Shown in pieces: positions 10,661 to 21,686 of a stretch of DNA of 60,014 nucleotides. The translations under genes were made by a program, and so were the position numbers. The stretch covers positions 1-60,014 of IMG/VR virus record IMGVR_UViG_3300008261_000019. One strand, given 5' to 3'. Origin of the DNA: a virus. Lineage: Duplodnaviria; Caudoviricetes. How positions within the stretch are numbered: the first letter of the stretch is position 1; the number at the start of each line of letters is the position of its first letter. The notes under the pieces are model-generated. The model made no database searches. It was given only the letters and a program-made list of their open reading frames with translations, and was not told the origin of the DNA.

Positions 10661-13468
10661 TTATTTATTTACTGTAAATTTAAAAGTAACAATTGCTTTA
10701 GGCATTTCTTTTATGTTTACACCAGTAACATTAAAGCTAGATTGTTCAATTGATGCCATTAATGATATTTCAATTGTTGTATAAGGAGTAAAATCTACTT
10801 CTTTTCTTTTTACAATCTTGTCAAGAATATTTAATATTGTACTATCCTTAATCACATCAGCAGTATAATAACTTGATATAGTTGCTTTAGAATTTAAAAT
10901 TGGATGAGGGAATTTATTTGATAAATCAAAGTCTACATAATAACTCATTTTATTTGATTTTGACTTTTCTTTTGTATTTACTAAGAAACAATCTCTAAAA
11001 CTTGAAGTAACATAAGTATTCTTATAAGCGTTGTTTGCAGGAGAAAGATAGTCTTGTACAACTACAACTTGGTAATTTTTTTTATCAGTTTTTGCTGGTT
11101 TAAATAAAGCTATTAATCTCCAATTTATTTCGAAAGATGAATTTAAAGGCATTCCCGTAACTTTAATTCTTGGCATTTCATCGTAGTTAGTTAAACCCTT
11201 TTTTGTCAGAGTTTTATTCGCTACGCCAGAGTAGTTGTCTTTTTCAATTCTTATTTTAATATCACTAGTTTTTGTTAGCTTTAATGTCTCTTGTATAATT
11301 TTATTATTTTCTTTGCTTCTAATATCTAAAGATTCATTTAATGTCTGATAAGTTACTGCATCAATTACAACTTGAAATATTTTATTTACACCAATATCTA
11401 TATTAGAAAATTGAACAACTCCATTCTTATCTGTTTTTCCTGAACCATTTTTAATTGTTTTTCCATTTAATTTTAGGGCTACTGTTGCACCCTTTATTTT
11501 TGTACCTGATTTATCTTGTACTGTTAATTTAATAACAACAAGTTTTTTAGTACTCGTTGTTGGCGGAGTTATGTTTCCTGGGTTTGTCTTTGGACTATTT
11601 ACTATTGAATTACCCTGGTTTTGATTTGTTTGATTTGCAGGAGCTTCTGAACTAGCAGGCTTAGCAGGTTGAGCAGGTTGAGTAGGCTTAGGAGTCTCAA
11701 CAGGCTTTGTCGCCTCGACTGGAGTACTCGGCTGACTACTATTAGATGAAGTTGAATTCTTTGCTGGCTCTGAAGGCTTACTTGGCTGATTCGTTACTGC
11801 TGGCTTCTGCACTGTTTTTTTAGGCGTTTCAATAAAATTACTTAAAATCTCATCTTTAGCTCTGAATTTAACAGAAGAGACACCGCTTATACCTTCGTTT
11901 TCTTTTAAGTGCCTTATATCTCTTGCGATAAACGTAAGAACATTTTCTGTAAACATATCTTCTACTGAAATCGTCATTGTTTCATCTACAAATGTCGCTC
12001 CGTATATTGTCATTGATGCTGTTTGTCCATATTCATTTCCATAAGAAATATTAATATCAAATGGCGGAAGCTGGTCTGGTCTTAAATAATTTAAATCGTT
12101 TAAGTAAGGAACATTTGCCTTTAAATCATGAATGAATGATTGATTAATCACAGTAAAGATAATTGTTCCTGCATATGTAATTCCGCCTCTAGCATATCCT
12201 TTTGAAGATTGTCTTCCAATTGTTCTTATTTGAGCTAATTGCCTATAAGTAGAATACGTTACTGTTGATGCTGTACCTACTACAATCGCAGAACTATTTG
12301 GAAATACTAAGCTAATGACTGCATCTGAACCTGAAAAAGAAGAAGTCCTTTTTAGCTGATTGATATTTTTTATAGGCTGAGTTGGTGTTGAAGAATTAGT
12401 TATATTTATCTTTTGTGGCAATTCACTCATCGTTTGATTTGCAATTTGTTTTCCTGGGTCATATTTATTCCCCAGTGAATCTTGCCACTTTTGTTTTTCT
12501 TGCTTGTATCTTTGTACTGCTAATCCCAATCCATTTCCAAGTGAATTAATAAATAATTCTTGTTCTGGAGTAAATTCTAGATATAAAGCTGCATTGTATG
12601 CTAAATCTTGAGCAAACTCTCTTATGTAATATAAATCATCATTATCTAATAATGTTTTATCTAATAAATGTTCTGGATTAACCAATGTATCTGATAGTGC
12701 TGATGCTAGAGCTTCATTTTGTTCTCTATTTAAACTGTTACCTTTTACTAGATTTTCTAAGTTATATGCAGTACTAGTTAAAAACTTCATTTGCTGTTCT
12801 GTAAATACTTTTTGCCAAGGCTGATAATTATATAAAGCAACTGTTTTTACTGTATCTAAATCATAAGCGTACATAGGGTCTAACCCTCTAATAAATTGCT
12901 CTTCTGTTTCACTTAATCTTGAAGTTCTTGACTTTAGCTTTTCATTTAAATCTTTTGCAAACTTTTTAATTTTATTTCTTTGTTCTTGACTTAGATTTTT
13001 AAATTTTAATTGGTCGGGATTTGCTAATTCCAAATTTAATTGGGTATTTAAATAAATCGCAACATCAGTAGGGAGCTCAAATCGAACATTATCAATATTC
13101 ATTAAGCTAGATGTATAACCAAGTAACTGATTTCTTGAGCTGTCAGGCAATAAAACATTTTTATTTACATATATAAATTCTTTTCCTACTTCTTTTTCAA
13201 GGATTTTATCTTCATATATTCCCTTATCAATAATATCAGTAAATTTCTTTAATCTTTCTGATGTTATTTTATCTAGTTCATGACTATACTGAGGAGCGCC
13301 AGCTTTTACTACACTCTCTTCCTGATTTGAGAGTGGATATGCGTTTGAAAGTTTCTCTAAAATATCCATAAGAAACTGATTATCATCAGGCTCTCCAGGC
13401 TCTCCAAATACAACATCATAAATATATTTATACACATTAAATGGCAGCATTAACTTTTCATCTAACAA
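10661..13468 (-). CDS. Tail tube-domain fusion protein with Pro/Ser/Thr-rich linker and Ig/carboxypeptidase-regulatory-like domain
   Basis: Central SFSGSDAVIS...ARGGITYAGTIIF...DQLPPFDINISYGNEYGQ closely matches the tube protein; P/S/T linker; VQDKSGTKIKGATV...TDKNGVVQF beta-sandwich. Confidence 0.7.
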   Translation of the reverse strand: MLDEKLMLPFNVYKYIYDVVFGEPGEPDDNQFLMDILEKLSNAYPLSNQEESVVKAGAPQYSHELDKITSERLKKFTDIIDKGIYEDKILEKEVGKEFIYVNKNVLLPDSSRNQLLGYTSSLMNIDNVRFELPTDVAIYLNTQLNLELANPDQLKFKNLSQEQRNKIKKFAKDLNEKLKSRTSRLSETEEQFIRGLDPMYAYDLDTVKTVALYNYQPWQKVFTEQQMKFLTSTAYNLENLVKGNSLNREQNEALASALSDTLVNPEHLLDKTLLDNDDLYYIREFAQDLAYNAALYLEFTPEQELFINSLGNGLGLAVQRYKQEKQKWQDSLGNKYDPGKQIANQTMSELPQKINITNSSTPTQPIKNINQLKRTSSFSGSDAVISLVFPNSSAIVVGTASTVTYSTYRQLAQIRTIGRQSSKGYARGGITYAGTIIFTVINQSFIHDLKANVPYLNDLNYLRPDQLPPFDINISYGNEYGQTASMTIYGATFVDETMTISVEDMFTENVLTFIARDIRHLKENEGISGVSSVKFRAKDEILSNFIETPKKTVQKPAVTNQPSKPSEPAKNSTSSNSSQPSTPVEATKPVETPKPTQPAQPAKPASSEAPANQTNQNQGNSIVNSPKTNPGNITPPTTSTKKLVVIKLTVQDKSGTKIKGATVALKLNGKTIKNGSGKTDKNGVVQFSNIDIGVNKIFQVVIDAVTYQTLNESLDIRSKENNKIIQETLKLTKTSDIKIRIEKDNYSGVANKTLTKKGLTNYDEMPRIKVTGMPLNSSFEINWRLIALFKPAKTDKKNYQVVVVQDYLSPANNAYKNTYVTSSFRDCFLVNTKEKSKSNKMSYYVDFDLSNKFPHPILNSKATISSYYTADVIKDSTILNILDKIVKRKEVDFTPYTTIEISLMASIEQSSFNVTGVNIKEMPKAIVTFKFTVNK

Positions 13469-13547
13469 TGGAGAACAACTCCTTATCTCTATATACCTTT
13501 ACTAATAATATATCATGAATAGTACTTATTTTTTACAATAAAAATAA

Positions 13548-13575
13548 AGACCCAGATGATTAATCATCTGGGTCT
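13548..13575 (-). terminator. Intrinsic terminator after tube gene
   Basis: Perfect palindrome AGACCCAGATGATT/AATCATCTGGGTCT followed by a T-run on the minus strand. Confidence 0.7.
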
Positions 13576-13591
13576 CCTTATAAATATAAAA

Positions 13592-14323
13592 TTATTTTGC
13601 GTCAGTTCCTTTTACATTTCCTTGTGTATCGCGATAGTATACGCCAGCAATGATTGGCGAAATACGACGAGCAATATAAGTCATTTGACGCTCCATAACG
13701 ATTGTATCTACTGATACGCCTGAACCTTCATTCAAAACATCTAGGTCATAGATTTTTTGGAATGCAGCTTGACCATACTCATTAGCAAAAGTAAGAGTGA
13801 CATCAAATGGAGGCAATTGGTCGATATAAAGAATATTATCTTTATTAATTTTTCCAAATCCATATGGCTCTTGACCCAGCGCAGTACCTACGGCTACATC
13901 CTTTCCGTCAGCTCCTTTTGTGAATCCTGAGCCGTATTTTCCAAAATCTCCGGAGGTTGTATCGTCCCACTCTGTTAAGCTTAATAGACTACTGAAATCT
14001 TCGCTGAAGTTATATCCTGTTGCAGCACTTGTTGGAAGATTTCCTTTAGCCGTATATTGATTAGGCCAAGAAGTAATTGTTTCTTTTACTTCTTCCATCA
14101 AAGCATCGCGATTAAATACCGCAAATACTAAGCTTCCGGCAATACCGCGCTTACCACGGGAGAATGAACGCGGGTCTGGTGAACCGAAAGTATATACAGG
14201 AGCTTTTTCACGTTGAATAGCCCATGAAATTTGCTGAAGCTCTCCAATGACTTTACTACCAAAAGATACGATTAAGTCTGCGCCTGAAAAGCTCGTAAAT
14301 GTCTTTAATGTTTCAATTGACAT
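13592..14323 (-). CDS. Major tail tube protein
   Basis: Directly downstream of sheath; SFSGADLIVSFG..IGELQQISW...RGKRGIAGSL; codon bias of a highly expressed gene. Confidence 0.8.
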   Translation of the reverse strand: MSIETLKTFTSFSGADLIVSFGSKVIGELQQISWAIQREKAPVYTFGSPDPRSFSRGKRGIAGSLVFAVFNRDALMEEVKETITSWPNQYTAKGNLPTSAATGYNFSEDFSSLLSLTEWDDTTSGDFGKYGSGFTKGADGKDVAVGTALGQEPYGFGKINKDNILYIDQLPPFDVTLTFANEYGQAAFQKIYDLDVLNEGSGVSVDTIVMERQMTYIARRISPIIAGVYYRDTQGNVKGTDAK

Positions 14324-14353
14324 ATTTTTCCCTCCTATTAACTATATTATTCA

Positions 14354-16462
14354 TTACAGACTCGGGCGGAGGCTGATAACTGTTGTAATTTGACGTAACT
14401 CCATAGCAGGTACGATAGTCAATTCAACTTGAGCTTGACCTACTAATTGCATTTGAGGAGTAGCGATAATATTAAACGTGTAATTCATAATCTCGCCCTG
14501 CTCTCTTAAAACACCTAAGCGCTTTTCAATTGCAGCAGATAAAGCATTCCGTTGTGCAACTTCGTTCGGCTCACCAATGAATGGGTCTGCAACTTCACGA
14601 ACTTGGTCAACTACATCTTTAACAATACGCATTGTTGAAAGTCGACGATAATCTGATGTTCCTTGAGCAGCGGTTACTCCGTCAACTACAACTACTTCAG
14701 CGCCATTATTTTTAGTTTTCAATGTAACATAACGAGCATTTGTTAATTGGTCTAATTGACTGCTCGATAAGTTATAACGAAGACCTAAAATTCCAGGAAC
14801 TCTTTTATTTGTAGTAGCTGATTGAGCTCTCATTGTTGTAAGCATTGCTGCGTAAACAGAAGCCGCTGAATCAGAGTAGATGCCAAAACGGTTTGAACCA
14901 AACAATACATCTGGACCAGCTAATACTGAAATGTATCGACCCAAATCAATTCGGTTTCCATCGGAATCTTTTAATTCATTACCAGCTTTATCTCTCATGA
15001 AGAAATCTAAGCCTTTGCTTAATGAATCATTTACTTTTGTTTTGATTGTAGCTAAGCTTGTATCTTCAACCGGAGTCATACCAATAACTCCAAGAGTTGT
15101 TTTATTGCGATAAGTCATTACCGCACAAGCAAGTGACAACTGATAAGCAAATGATTTGTATTTACCAGCAAGTACGCTGTCTGCATATACGCCAACTGGA
15201 ACAACGAAATCTACACTGTAGTTCTCTAAGTTCTCATAAGCTTTTTGCAATGCTGTGTAAGCTTGCTCTTTTGTTAATCGAGTGCTGTCAGCCCCACCAG
15301 TTAATGCAGTAGCTGCTTGGATTGTTAAATCCGAAGTTTCTACATCTGAATAACGAGTGTTTACTTTTGCAACAACAACGTTATTTAATGCGTTATTATT
15401 AATTGCATTTTTCAATAAGTCGAAAGTTGGGTAATCTAAGCTCGAGAATTCCATTGGCGCTTCATTTACGCTTGTATTCTGCTTGCTAGTTGGTTTTGTA
15501 ATAACAACTTTTTTACCGATAACAACGCTTGATGTATTTACGATTTCTTGAACTGCTACAGTAGTTTCATTGTAAACAGAACCAGCATAAACCGATTCAA
15601 ATTCAATTACGCTATCTTCGGAAGCAGTATTTGTATACGTATAAGAAATCTCAAGGATTGAGTTTAAATCAACGTATCCTGGTTTTAAAACAAATTTCGG
15701 AGCTTCTTCATCTGTTGCATCAATTTCAAATGCTTCAGAGTTAACAATTACTCCATTTGCATACAATTCAATTGAATAATCGTTATCTTCGTTAATAGCT
15801 GGGATGTACTCAATTGCATACTCTGCGTTTGAGCCATTTGCATCAAATGAATCAGTTACAGCAGTACCGTCTGTTTTTGTATATGTGATGTATACTTTTG
15901 AGTTTGATTTCACTGAGTTTGCATCAATTGCAACAACAGCCTTTGTACTTGTATCATCATCGCCGTTTGTTACTTCATAACTATTTGAGCTAACAATGAT
16001 GCGGTCAGCTTGGATTTGAACTGAGTTTACTTGAATTTCATTGCTACTCAAAGTAAATGTATCAGCATCATTACCAGGCGCTGAGCCTAAGATTTCGCTA
16101 TTCGATTTTTCTGTTGTAAAGCTGATAGAAGAAGCTTTGATTGAGCTAGTTGCTTTATCTCCAGAGATACGAACTAAACGAATATCGCGGCATCCTGCAG
16201 TATATGCTTGCTCAAATGCTTTAACCAAAGTTGAACCATTTGAAGTACCATTTGGGTTTACTGCGCGTCCAAAAACAGTTTCTACAGTCGCAGCATCAAC
16301 TGCTACTGGCTCGCCTACAGGTCCATCTACAGCAGTTCCTAAGAATACAATGCTTTGAGTTTGCGGCGGATTTGGGTCATTACGAAGGACTAAGCCACCA
16401 TCTTTAAATTCGGCAAGTACCCCTGGTAAACTAGGGTACAAATTAAACGGATTTGTTGCCAT
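14354..16462 (-). CDS. Contractile tail sheath protein
   Basis: 702 aa; N-terminal LPGVLAEFKDGG...FLGTAVDGPVGEPV; C-terminal RRLSTMRIVKDVVDQVREVADPFIGEPN...LTIVPAMELRQI. Confidence 0.9.
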   Translation of the reverse strand: MATNPFNLYPSLPGVLAEFKDGGLVLRNDPNPPQTQSIVFLGTAVDGPVGEPVAVDAATVETVFGRAVNPNGTSNGSTLVKAFEQAYTAGCRDIRLVRISGDKATSSIKASSISFTTEKSNSEILGSAPGNDADTFTLSSNEIQVNSVQIQADRIIVSSNSYEVTNGDDDTSTKAVVAIDANSVKSNSKVYITYTKTDGTAVTDSFDANGSNAEYAIEYIPAINEDNDYSIELYANGVIVNSEAFEIDATDEEAPKFVLKPGYVDLNSILEISYTYTNTASEDSVIEFESVYAGSVYNETTVAVQEIVNTSSVVIGKKVVITKPTSKQNTSVNEAPMEFSSLDYPTFDLLKNAINNNALNNVVVAKVNTRYSDVETSDLTIQAATALTGGADSTRLTKEQAYTALQKAYENLENYSVDFVVPVGVYADSVLAGKYKSFAYQLSLACAVMTYRNKTTLGVIGMTPVEDTSLATIKTKVNDSLSKGLDFFMRDKAGNELKDSDGNRIDLGRYISVLAGPDVLFGSNRFGIYSDSAASVYAAMLTTMRAQSATTNKRVPGILGLRYNLSSSQLDQLTNARYVTLKTKNNGAEVVVVDGVTAAQGTSDYRRLSTMRIVKDVVDQVREVADPFIGEPNEVAQRNALSAAIEKRLGVLREQGEIMNYTFNIIATPQMQLVGQAQVELTIVPAMELRQITTVISLRPSL

Positions 16463-16495
16463 TTATATTCCTCCTTAAATTCAATCCTATGCTAA

Positions 16496-17152
16496 TTAAT
16501 TATCTTTATAATTCTGGTTAAACAATCTTAAAAAATCTGCCGCTTCTGAGGTGGGATGCGATTCCAGATTCCCAGATTGATGTTGCACAAAAGCCTTTGT
16601 ATGAATATCTTGTATTTCTGCGGATTTAATAATTTCAATCCGCTGTATGCGGACTAAGTATCGCAAAGTGCGGTGGGGTAGCTCTTGGCGATTCTCAGTT
16701 GATACTTCAGGTCGTAGCTCACTTATAAAGGTAATATCAGATATACCCAACTTCTTAAAGTATCCTGTATAAGTCAGCATAAAAAACTCGAATTTTCTTT
16801 TCCACTCTTTTGCTTCGAGTTTTGTATTCCCATATATATGAAATTCACCTAAACAATCGAACCATTCGGTAAGTTCTGTTTGATATTGTTTAGGATTATC
16901 TGGGTCCAAATATTGTTTCATTTGTCGCGGTTTTCGACCATCTGATAATTTATCGGTATGCTTTCTGGAAATTAAATCATACATAATTGCTGGTAGCTCT
17001 AATGATTCCGATAGATTTTGTGTTCCCTCTTGCTCAATAAATCTGCAATCAGAATGAATACTGTCCCATAATTCTTTGACAATAAGCATAAAATCATCAA
17101 AATCGTTAATATTTCCATCAGCATGAAGTTCATTACCGTGCATATAATTCAT
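16496..17152 (-). CDS. Putative tail completion/terminator protein
   Basis: Size and position upstream of the sheath; alpha/beta pattern of neck proteins. Confidence 0.5.
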   Translation of the reverse strand: MNYMHGNELHADGNINDFDDFMLIVKELWDSIHSDCRFIEQEGTQNLSESLELPAIMYDLISRKHTDKLSDGRKPRQMKQYLDPDNPKQYQTELTEWFDCLGEFHIYGNTKLEAKEWKRKFEFFMLTYTGYFKKLGISDITFISELRPEVSTENRQELPHRTLRYLVRIQRIEIIKSAEIQDIHTKAFVQHQSGNLESHPTSEAADFLRLFNQNYKDN

Positions 17153-17170
17153 TGTAACATTCCTCTTTTA

Positions 17171-18778
17171 TTATGTAAGACTTAATTGAGCTTGAGTTGC
17201 TACATATTCAATCATATTCTTAGTTAGCAAATCTACTTTAATAATTCCAGAACTACTATTTTTATCATACTCTAAATTATATCTGTAGTCTATTAGTAGT
17301 CCTTGATTTTTTAGCTCTTTTAATGTAGAATCTATAAGTTTTTCTAGAATATTATTATTGATTAAAGGCTGAATTGATTCGCCTTTATAGATGTCTACAG
17401 TTCTATTTAACTCATTCATTGCAATCTGCACTTGTCTTACATTGACGATATAATGCATTGCATCTGATGATATCGCTGCAGTTACTCCATTAGAAACAAC
17501 AATTCCATTTCTTACAGATACCCTAGGGCAAACAACTCCAAGATTTGCAAAATGAATTACTTCTTGATTATCAATATCATACGAAAATTCCCCAGTCATC
17601 GGTATGACTTTATTTGTAGTCGTATTTTGATAACCCATAGATGCTATCATTGCCCCGTAACAAGAATTCCATGGAAATCTATATTCTGTTGGAAGGCCTT
17701 TATTGTATGTGATATCTCCTAATACAATTGTAATATATTTTCCCTCGTCAATATATCCATCTACATCTTGATATGTTAAGTCGTATCTTGACTGTAGCGG
17801 AGTTGAATTTACCCAGTCAACTAAGTAATTTGAATTCGTTAACTCAGATAAATCATCTATGAGACTCATTGATAAAACCCCATGTGTCATAACTCCAGCG
17901 TTTAATTGATTTTTACAAAAACGAATCAACTGACCATGAAAGGTTACAAACTGATTATTGTTTTCTGAATCTAATAAAGATAAATAATCTCTATCTCCAG
18001 TGTATGTATATGAGCCATAATAATTTATATTGTTAGCTATTCCTTCATGGAAGTCATCAAAGAAAGCTTCCAGTGGAATGACGATATTGACTTGAAAACC
18101 ATTTAGTAATTCATAGCTTTCTTCGAGCTTTAAAAATAAATCATTTTTAGAAAGAATTAATCCGTCTTCTCCATTTTCTAAAAATGATTTATTATTTGCA
18201 TTCATACCGATTAAATCTAAAATTAAATAATCCTGATTTGATGTAGAAGCTTTAATATAATTTTTATTGATATATGAATCTGTATTAATTATTTTCACAA
18301 GTTCATTTACTGTTGTTAGATTAGATAAATTATATGCGATACTTTCTTTATTTAATGCTTCTGGAAAATATATTTTTAGATAATAATTATTATCTAATCC
18401 TTCTTCGATAATAAAATAAATATCATTATATATATCTCCACCATAAATTGATTCTATCTTAATTATAGAATCTAAAACATCCATCTCTTCTTCATCAATT
18501 ATCTCAGTTACTACTCCTACTAAAGACGCGCTAGCTTTAGACCCGCTTATTCTCATTAAATAAATTGGCAGTTGATTATTTACTTCGTAAGCTTGTTTAA
18601 ATCCTTTATATAAATTTCCTTCTTCTCCGAAGATAGTTAGTGCCATATCTAAATTTGAAATTAGTGTAGGTTCTAATACGGGTCCATTTGCAGATACACC
18701 AAGTATGACAATTGTTTGGTTTAGATTTTGAGTTAAAGCTGGAGAAGTTAATTTAGGTAACTCATAAATCGGCTGCAT
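17171..18778 (-). CDS. Second, diverged tail sheath-like protein
   Basis: IVILGVSANGPVLEP, IESIYGGDIYND, TTNKVIP and VVSNGVTAA parallel motifs in the main sheath. Confidence 0.8.
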   Translation of the reverse strand: MQPIYELPKLTSPALTQNLNQTIVILGVSANGPVLEPTLISNLDMALTIFGEEGNLYKGFKQAYEVNNQLPIYLMRISGSKASASLVGVVTEIIDEEEMDVLDSIIKIESIYGGDIYNDIYFIIEEGLDNNYYLKIYFPEALNKESIAYNLSNLTTVNELVKIINTDSYINKNYIKASTSNQDYLILDLIGMNANNKSFLENGEDGLILSKNDLFLKLEESYELLNGFQVNIVIPLEAFFDDFHEGIANNINYYGSYTYTGDRDYLSLLDSENNNQFVTFHGQLIRFCKNQLNAGVMTHGVLSMSLIDDLSELTNSNYLVDWVNSTPLQSRYDLTYQDVDGYIDEGKYITIVLGDITYNKGLPTEYRFPWNSCYGAMIASMGYQNTTTNKVIPMTGEFSYDIDNQEVIHFANLGVVCPRVSVRNGIVVSNGVTAAISSDAMHYIVNVRQVQIAMNELNRTVDIYKGESIQPLINNNILEKLIDSTLKELKNQGLLIDYRYNLEYDKNSSSGIIKVDLLTKNMIEYVATQAQLSLT

Positions 18779-18795
18779 AATGGTATCCCCTTTTA

Positions 18796-19317
18796 TTATT
18801 CAAATTCATAATTCGCTATTCCGTTTAGGCTTCTGATAAATATTTTTCGATGTTGGGTCCTTATTGTCTCTGCTCTTGCGCTTGCTACAAAGTATTCAAT
18901 TCTCCCATTCATCGCTCGCTCTTGATAGACGTCATTAATTTTATAAGTTCTAATTAAATGAGTCGGTTTATTTTCGTTTTCTTTATCCCATCCTACATGA
19001 TAAATATAATCATCAATTGCAGGATGAGCATCATGCCTAAAGAATACAGTTAAAGCATCAATCCATGACCTTCCAGATACATCGACCAAAGATAAGTTTG
19101 GTCTTGTTATTGCTTGAATTGCTGGGTCATTTCTTACACGATGCCTTTCAACTACTGACACCCATCCGGTACCTATGCATGAAGTACAACTTGGCTTTGA
19201 TTCTTGATTAATTTCGCTCCAACATCTGCATCTAATTTTTCTACTCGTTCGCTGAAGCAATACATAATGCCCATAATTATCTAAAAGCTTTTTAACTTCT
19301 TTTCTTAAATCAATCAC
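18796..19317 (-). CDS. Putative head-closure/neck protein with Cys cluster
   Basis: RCRCW...CTSCIGTGW; position between head and tail genes. Confidence 0.5.
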   Translation of the reverse strand: MIDLRKEVKKLLDNYGHYVLLQRTSRKIRCRCWSEINQESKPSCTSCIGTGWVSVVERHRVRNDPAIQAITRPNLSLVDVSGRSWIDALTVFFRHDAHPAIDDYIYHVGWDKENENKPTHLIRTYKINDVYQERAMNGRIEYFVASARAETIRTQHRKIFIRSLNGIANYEFE

Positions 19318-19886
19318 TAGAATCCCACCCTTGTATTTAATGGGTAAGGGAAGTTTGTTAATGCTCTTGTTGCGCCAGTCATTGTCGGAACTACGCTTAA
19401 GTTAGCTCCCCATCTATCGGCTTCTGCTTTTAATGTTTTTAAAATATTACCTAGGTCTGGCACTTGTCTTTGCTTTGTAATTTGTAACTGACCTAAGTTT
19501 GTTGTTTCCATTGTAGGTTCTGTTCCTACTGTAATTAATAAGTTACGAATCAAATCGTATTCTGTTCGATAACGTACATACTGAGACTTAACATATAGTT
19601 CATCTAATTCACCAGTGACTGTAGCTCCTGCATCGATTATCGCTTGAATTTCAGTACTGTTCTGCCATATTTGAAAATTGATTTTGTCATCAGGTATATC
19701 TGATAAAATCTGAGGAAAATCATTTCTAATAATTCGAACAGTAGAATACATTGGAGAATACTCAGACGTAAAAGACCATTCCTGACTGTATTCGCCTAAT
19801 TTGAATGTAACAAAATATCTTTTATTATTTTCTAGAAACGTATTATTTGTTATTTTTGGTTCATAAATAAGTATGGGATTGAGCAT
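19317..19886 (-). CDS. Putative head-tail adaptor
   Basis: MYSTVRIIRND...IPDDKINFQI resembles adaptor N-terminal helices; synteny. Confidence 0.45.
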   Translation of the reverse strand: MLNPILIYEPKITNNTFLENNKRYFVTFKLGEYSQEWSFTSEYSPMYSTVRIIRNDFPQILSDIPDDKINFQIWQNSTEIQAIIDAGATVTGELDELYVKSQYVRYRTEYDLIRNLLITVGTEPTMETTNLGQLQITKQRQVPDLGNILKTLKAEADRWGANLSVVPTMTGATRALTNFPYPLNTRVGF

Positions 19887-19902
19887 ATCAAATCACATCC
19901 CT

Positions 19903-20163
19903 CTAAGTAATTTCTCTACACGTAATTTTATCTCCAGATAAAAGTGGGGTTAAAAACCGAATTACATTTGAATCGACTTCAATGTAATCATCTAAATTCC
20001 TTTGAAGCACTCCATTTAAAAATACCTGCAAGGAATTCATCTCTGGGTTATAAGCGTTATCTAAAAAGAAGTCAGTCTGATTATTAACTGCTTCAAATTC
20101 TGTATGTCTAATCGTTACATTAATTGTTTGAGAAGTTGTTTGTACTTTTCTTAATTCGAGCAT
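19903..20163 (-). CDS. Small virion beta-domain protein
   Basis: QTDFFL...LQVFLNGVLQ...DYIEV...LLSGDKI resembles the C-terminus of the fibre protein. Likely start is ATG 20163 behind GGAGG; the ORF track starts at 20178. Confidence 0.6.
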   Translation of the reverse strand: MLELRKVQTTSQTINVTIRHTEFEAVNNQTDFFLDNAYNPEMNSLQVFLNGVLQRNLDDYIEVDSNVIRFLTPLLSGDKITCREIT

Positions 20164-20164
20164 A

Positions 20165-21298
20165 TTAACCGCCTCCAACGACGATTTCTAGGAAAAACTT
20201 ATTTTCTTCAATTCCAATTTCTAATGGCTCTCTTTTATTTACTCTTAGCCAAAAATCGATTGTTTGACCAGGTATTAAATTAAAAATTGTAATTGAGCTT
20301 TGATAAATATCTGGTCTTCCACCAATGTCTTCTGCAACTTCTACTAAGTCATATCCTGGATAATCGAAATATTGCTTGGACTTAATCAATGAATTGACAA
20401 AGATAGATTCTGTTGAGTTTTTTAATGTAAATTTTACTTCTCTTTGATTATTTATTAACGATTCAATTCGATAAAAATCGGATGGTTGAAATTTTTCATT
20501 ACCCTTCCATAACTCGACTTGATATCCTAGGTTCCATATATCTCCGCCGCATAACAAAGCTCCGCTTATTGAATCAATGAATCGATTACTCGGACTAATT
20601 AGCTCTATTGTTTTATCTTCTATTGTTAAACTTTCTAGATTTATTTTCATAAAGCTAGTTGCCTCTGGGCAAATTTCTGTTCGAACAATTTCTCCATCAG
20701 CATTTTTTACATTCACTTTCATACCTGGAATTGCATTTAAAAATGTTAAATTCATATCTCTATAAATTTTAATTTTAGATACTTCAAAGTCGCTATTTTC
20801 TTCACTGCCATCTGTATAATAAACAATACCTGCTTTTGTGATTTCGCCAATACCAGTTTTTGAAATAAAGTCCCATGCCCCAGTTGTACGAAGCCCGTAA
20901 GCTGATATGATATTTTTTGATTTTACGATTCTAAGACCTGAATAGTAATTACCAATCTGGTCCTTTTTATTGATGAGTTCAATAAAATCTTGATTACTTT
21001 TATATAAAATAATTCCGCCTGTTTCTGTCCCAGTTGGAATATAGTCTTGTTGAATTTCAATTACATAACTTTCTTCAGGCATATCTTTTAAAAACAAGTG
21101 GGGAAGTGAATTATCCCCACTTGTGTTTTCATTGTGTATCCTTAAAATACCTGATTCATTTTCTTCTTGTGGAATAACAATTTCATATTCAGCATTGGAT
21201 GGTGAGATGATGAAATTGGAATTAAATCGAGTATCGGTAAAATCATCGATATAAATTAATCCATTTTTTACTTTATTAAAGTAAGACAACAATCTCAC
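20165..21298 (-). CDS. Virion structural protein with concanavalin/beta-sandwich-like N-terminal domain
   Basis: 377 aa beta-rich ORF in the structural operon. Confidence 0.5.
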   Translation of the reverse strand: MRLLSYFNKVKNGLIYIDDFTDTRFNSNFIISPSNAEYEIVIPQEENESGILRIHNENTSGDNSLPHLFLKDMPEESYVIEIQQDYIPTGTETGGIILYKSNQDFIELINKKDQIGNYYSGLRIVKSKNIISAYGLRTTGAWDFISKTGIGEITKAGIVYYTDGSEENSDFEVSKIKIYRDMNLTFLNAIPGMKVNVKNADGEIVRTEICPEATSFMKINLESLTIEDKTIELISPSNRFIDSISGALLCGGDIWNLGYQVELWKGNEKFQPSDFYRIESLINNQREVKFTLKNSTESIFVNSLIKSKQYFDYPGYDLVEVAEDIGGRPDIYQSSITIFNLIPGQTIDFWLRVNKREPLEIGIEENKFFLEIVVGGG

Positions 21299-21308
21299 CC
21301 CTGATAAA

Positions 21309-21671
21309 TTATACTAAGCGTACATAAGATGCTACATCTACTTGTCTAAAGATACGAACATTTGCCATACCGATTAAAGAACCTACAAGGCTTAGTTTTT
21401 CAATCGCACTATCTAAGCTGTTATGCATTGAATCGATTAGCCACGGCTCTCCTCTTACTTGCGCAACATCTGGGTCTGCATCGGTCATTGGCTCAGTTAA
21501 AGAAAGTTTACCGAAGTTACCTGCAACGAGTGCTTTCGGATACCAAAGAGTTGCACCTTTTTCAGTTCCTTCTGGCGTTACCGTAGCTCCTCCAGTTTGA
21601 CCGAGAATTGGTCGATTTGCGGTTGGGTGAATTGGTCTTACCATTAAGTAATAACGTACAACGTTAGCCAT
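21309..21671 (-). CDS. Hypothetical virion protein
   Basis: 120 aa; strong SD GAAAGGAAG; operon context. Confidence 0.6.
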   Translation of the reverse strand: MANVVRYYLMVRPIHPTANRPILGQTGGATVTPEGTEKGATLWYPKALVAGNFGKLSLTEPMTDADPDVAQVRGEPWLIDSMHNSLDSAIEKLSLVGSLIGMANVRIFRQVDVASYVRLV

Positions 21672-21686
21672 TTTTATCTTCCTTTC

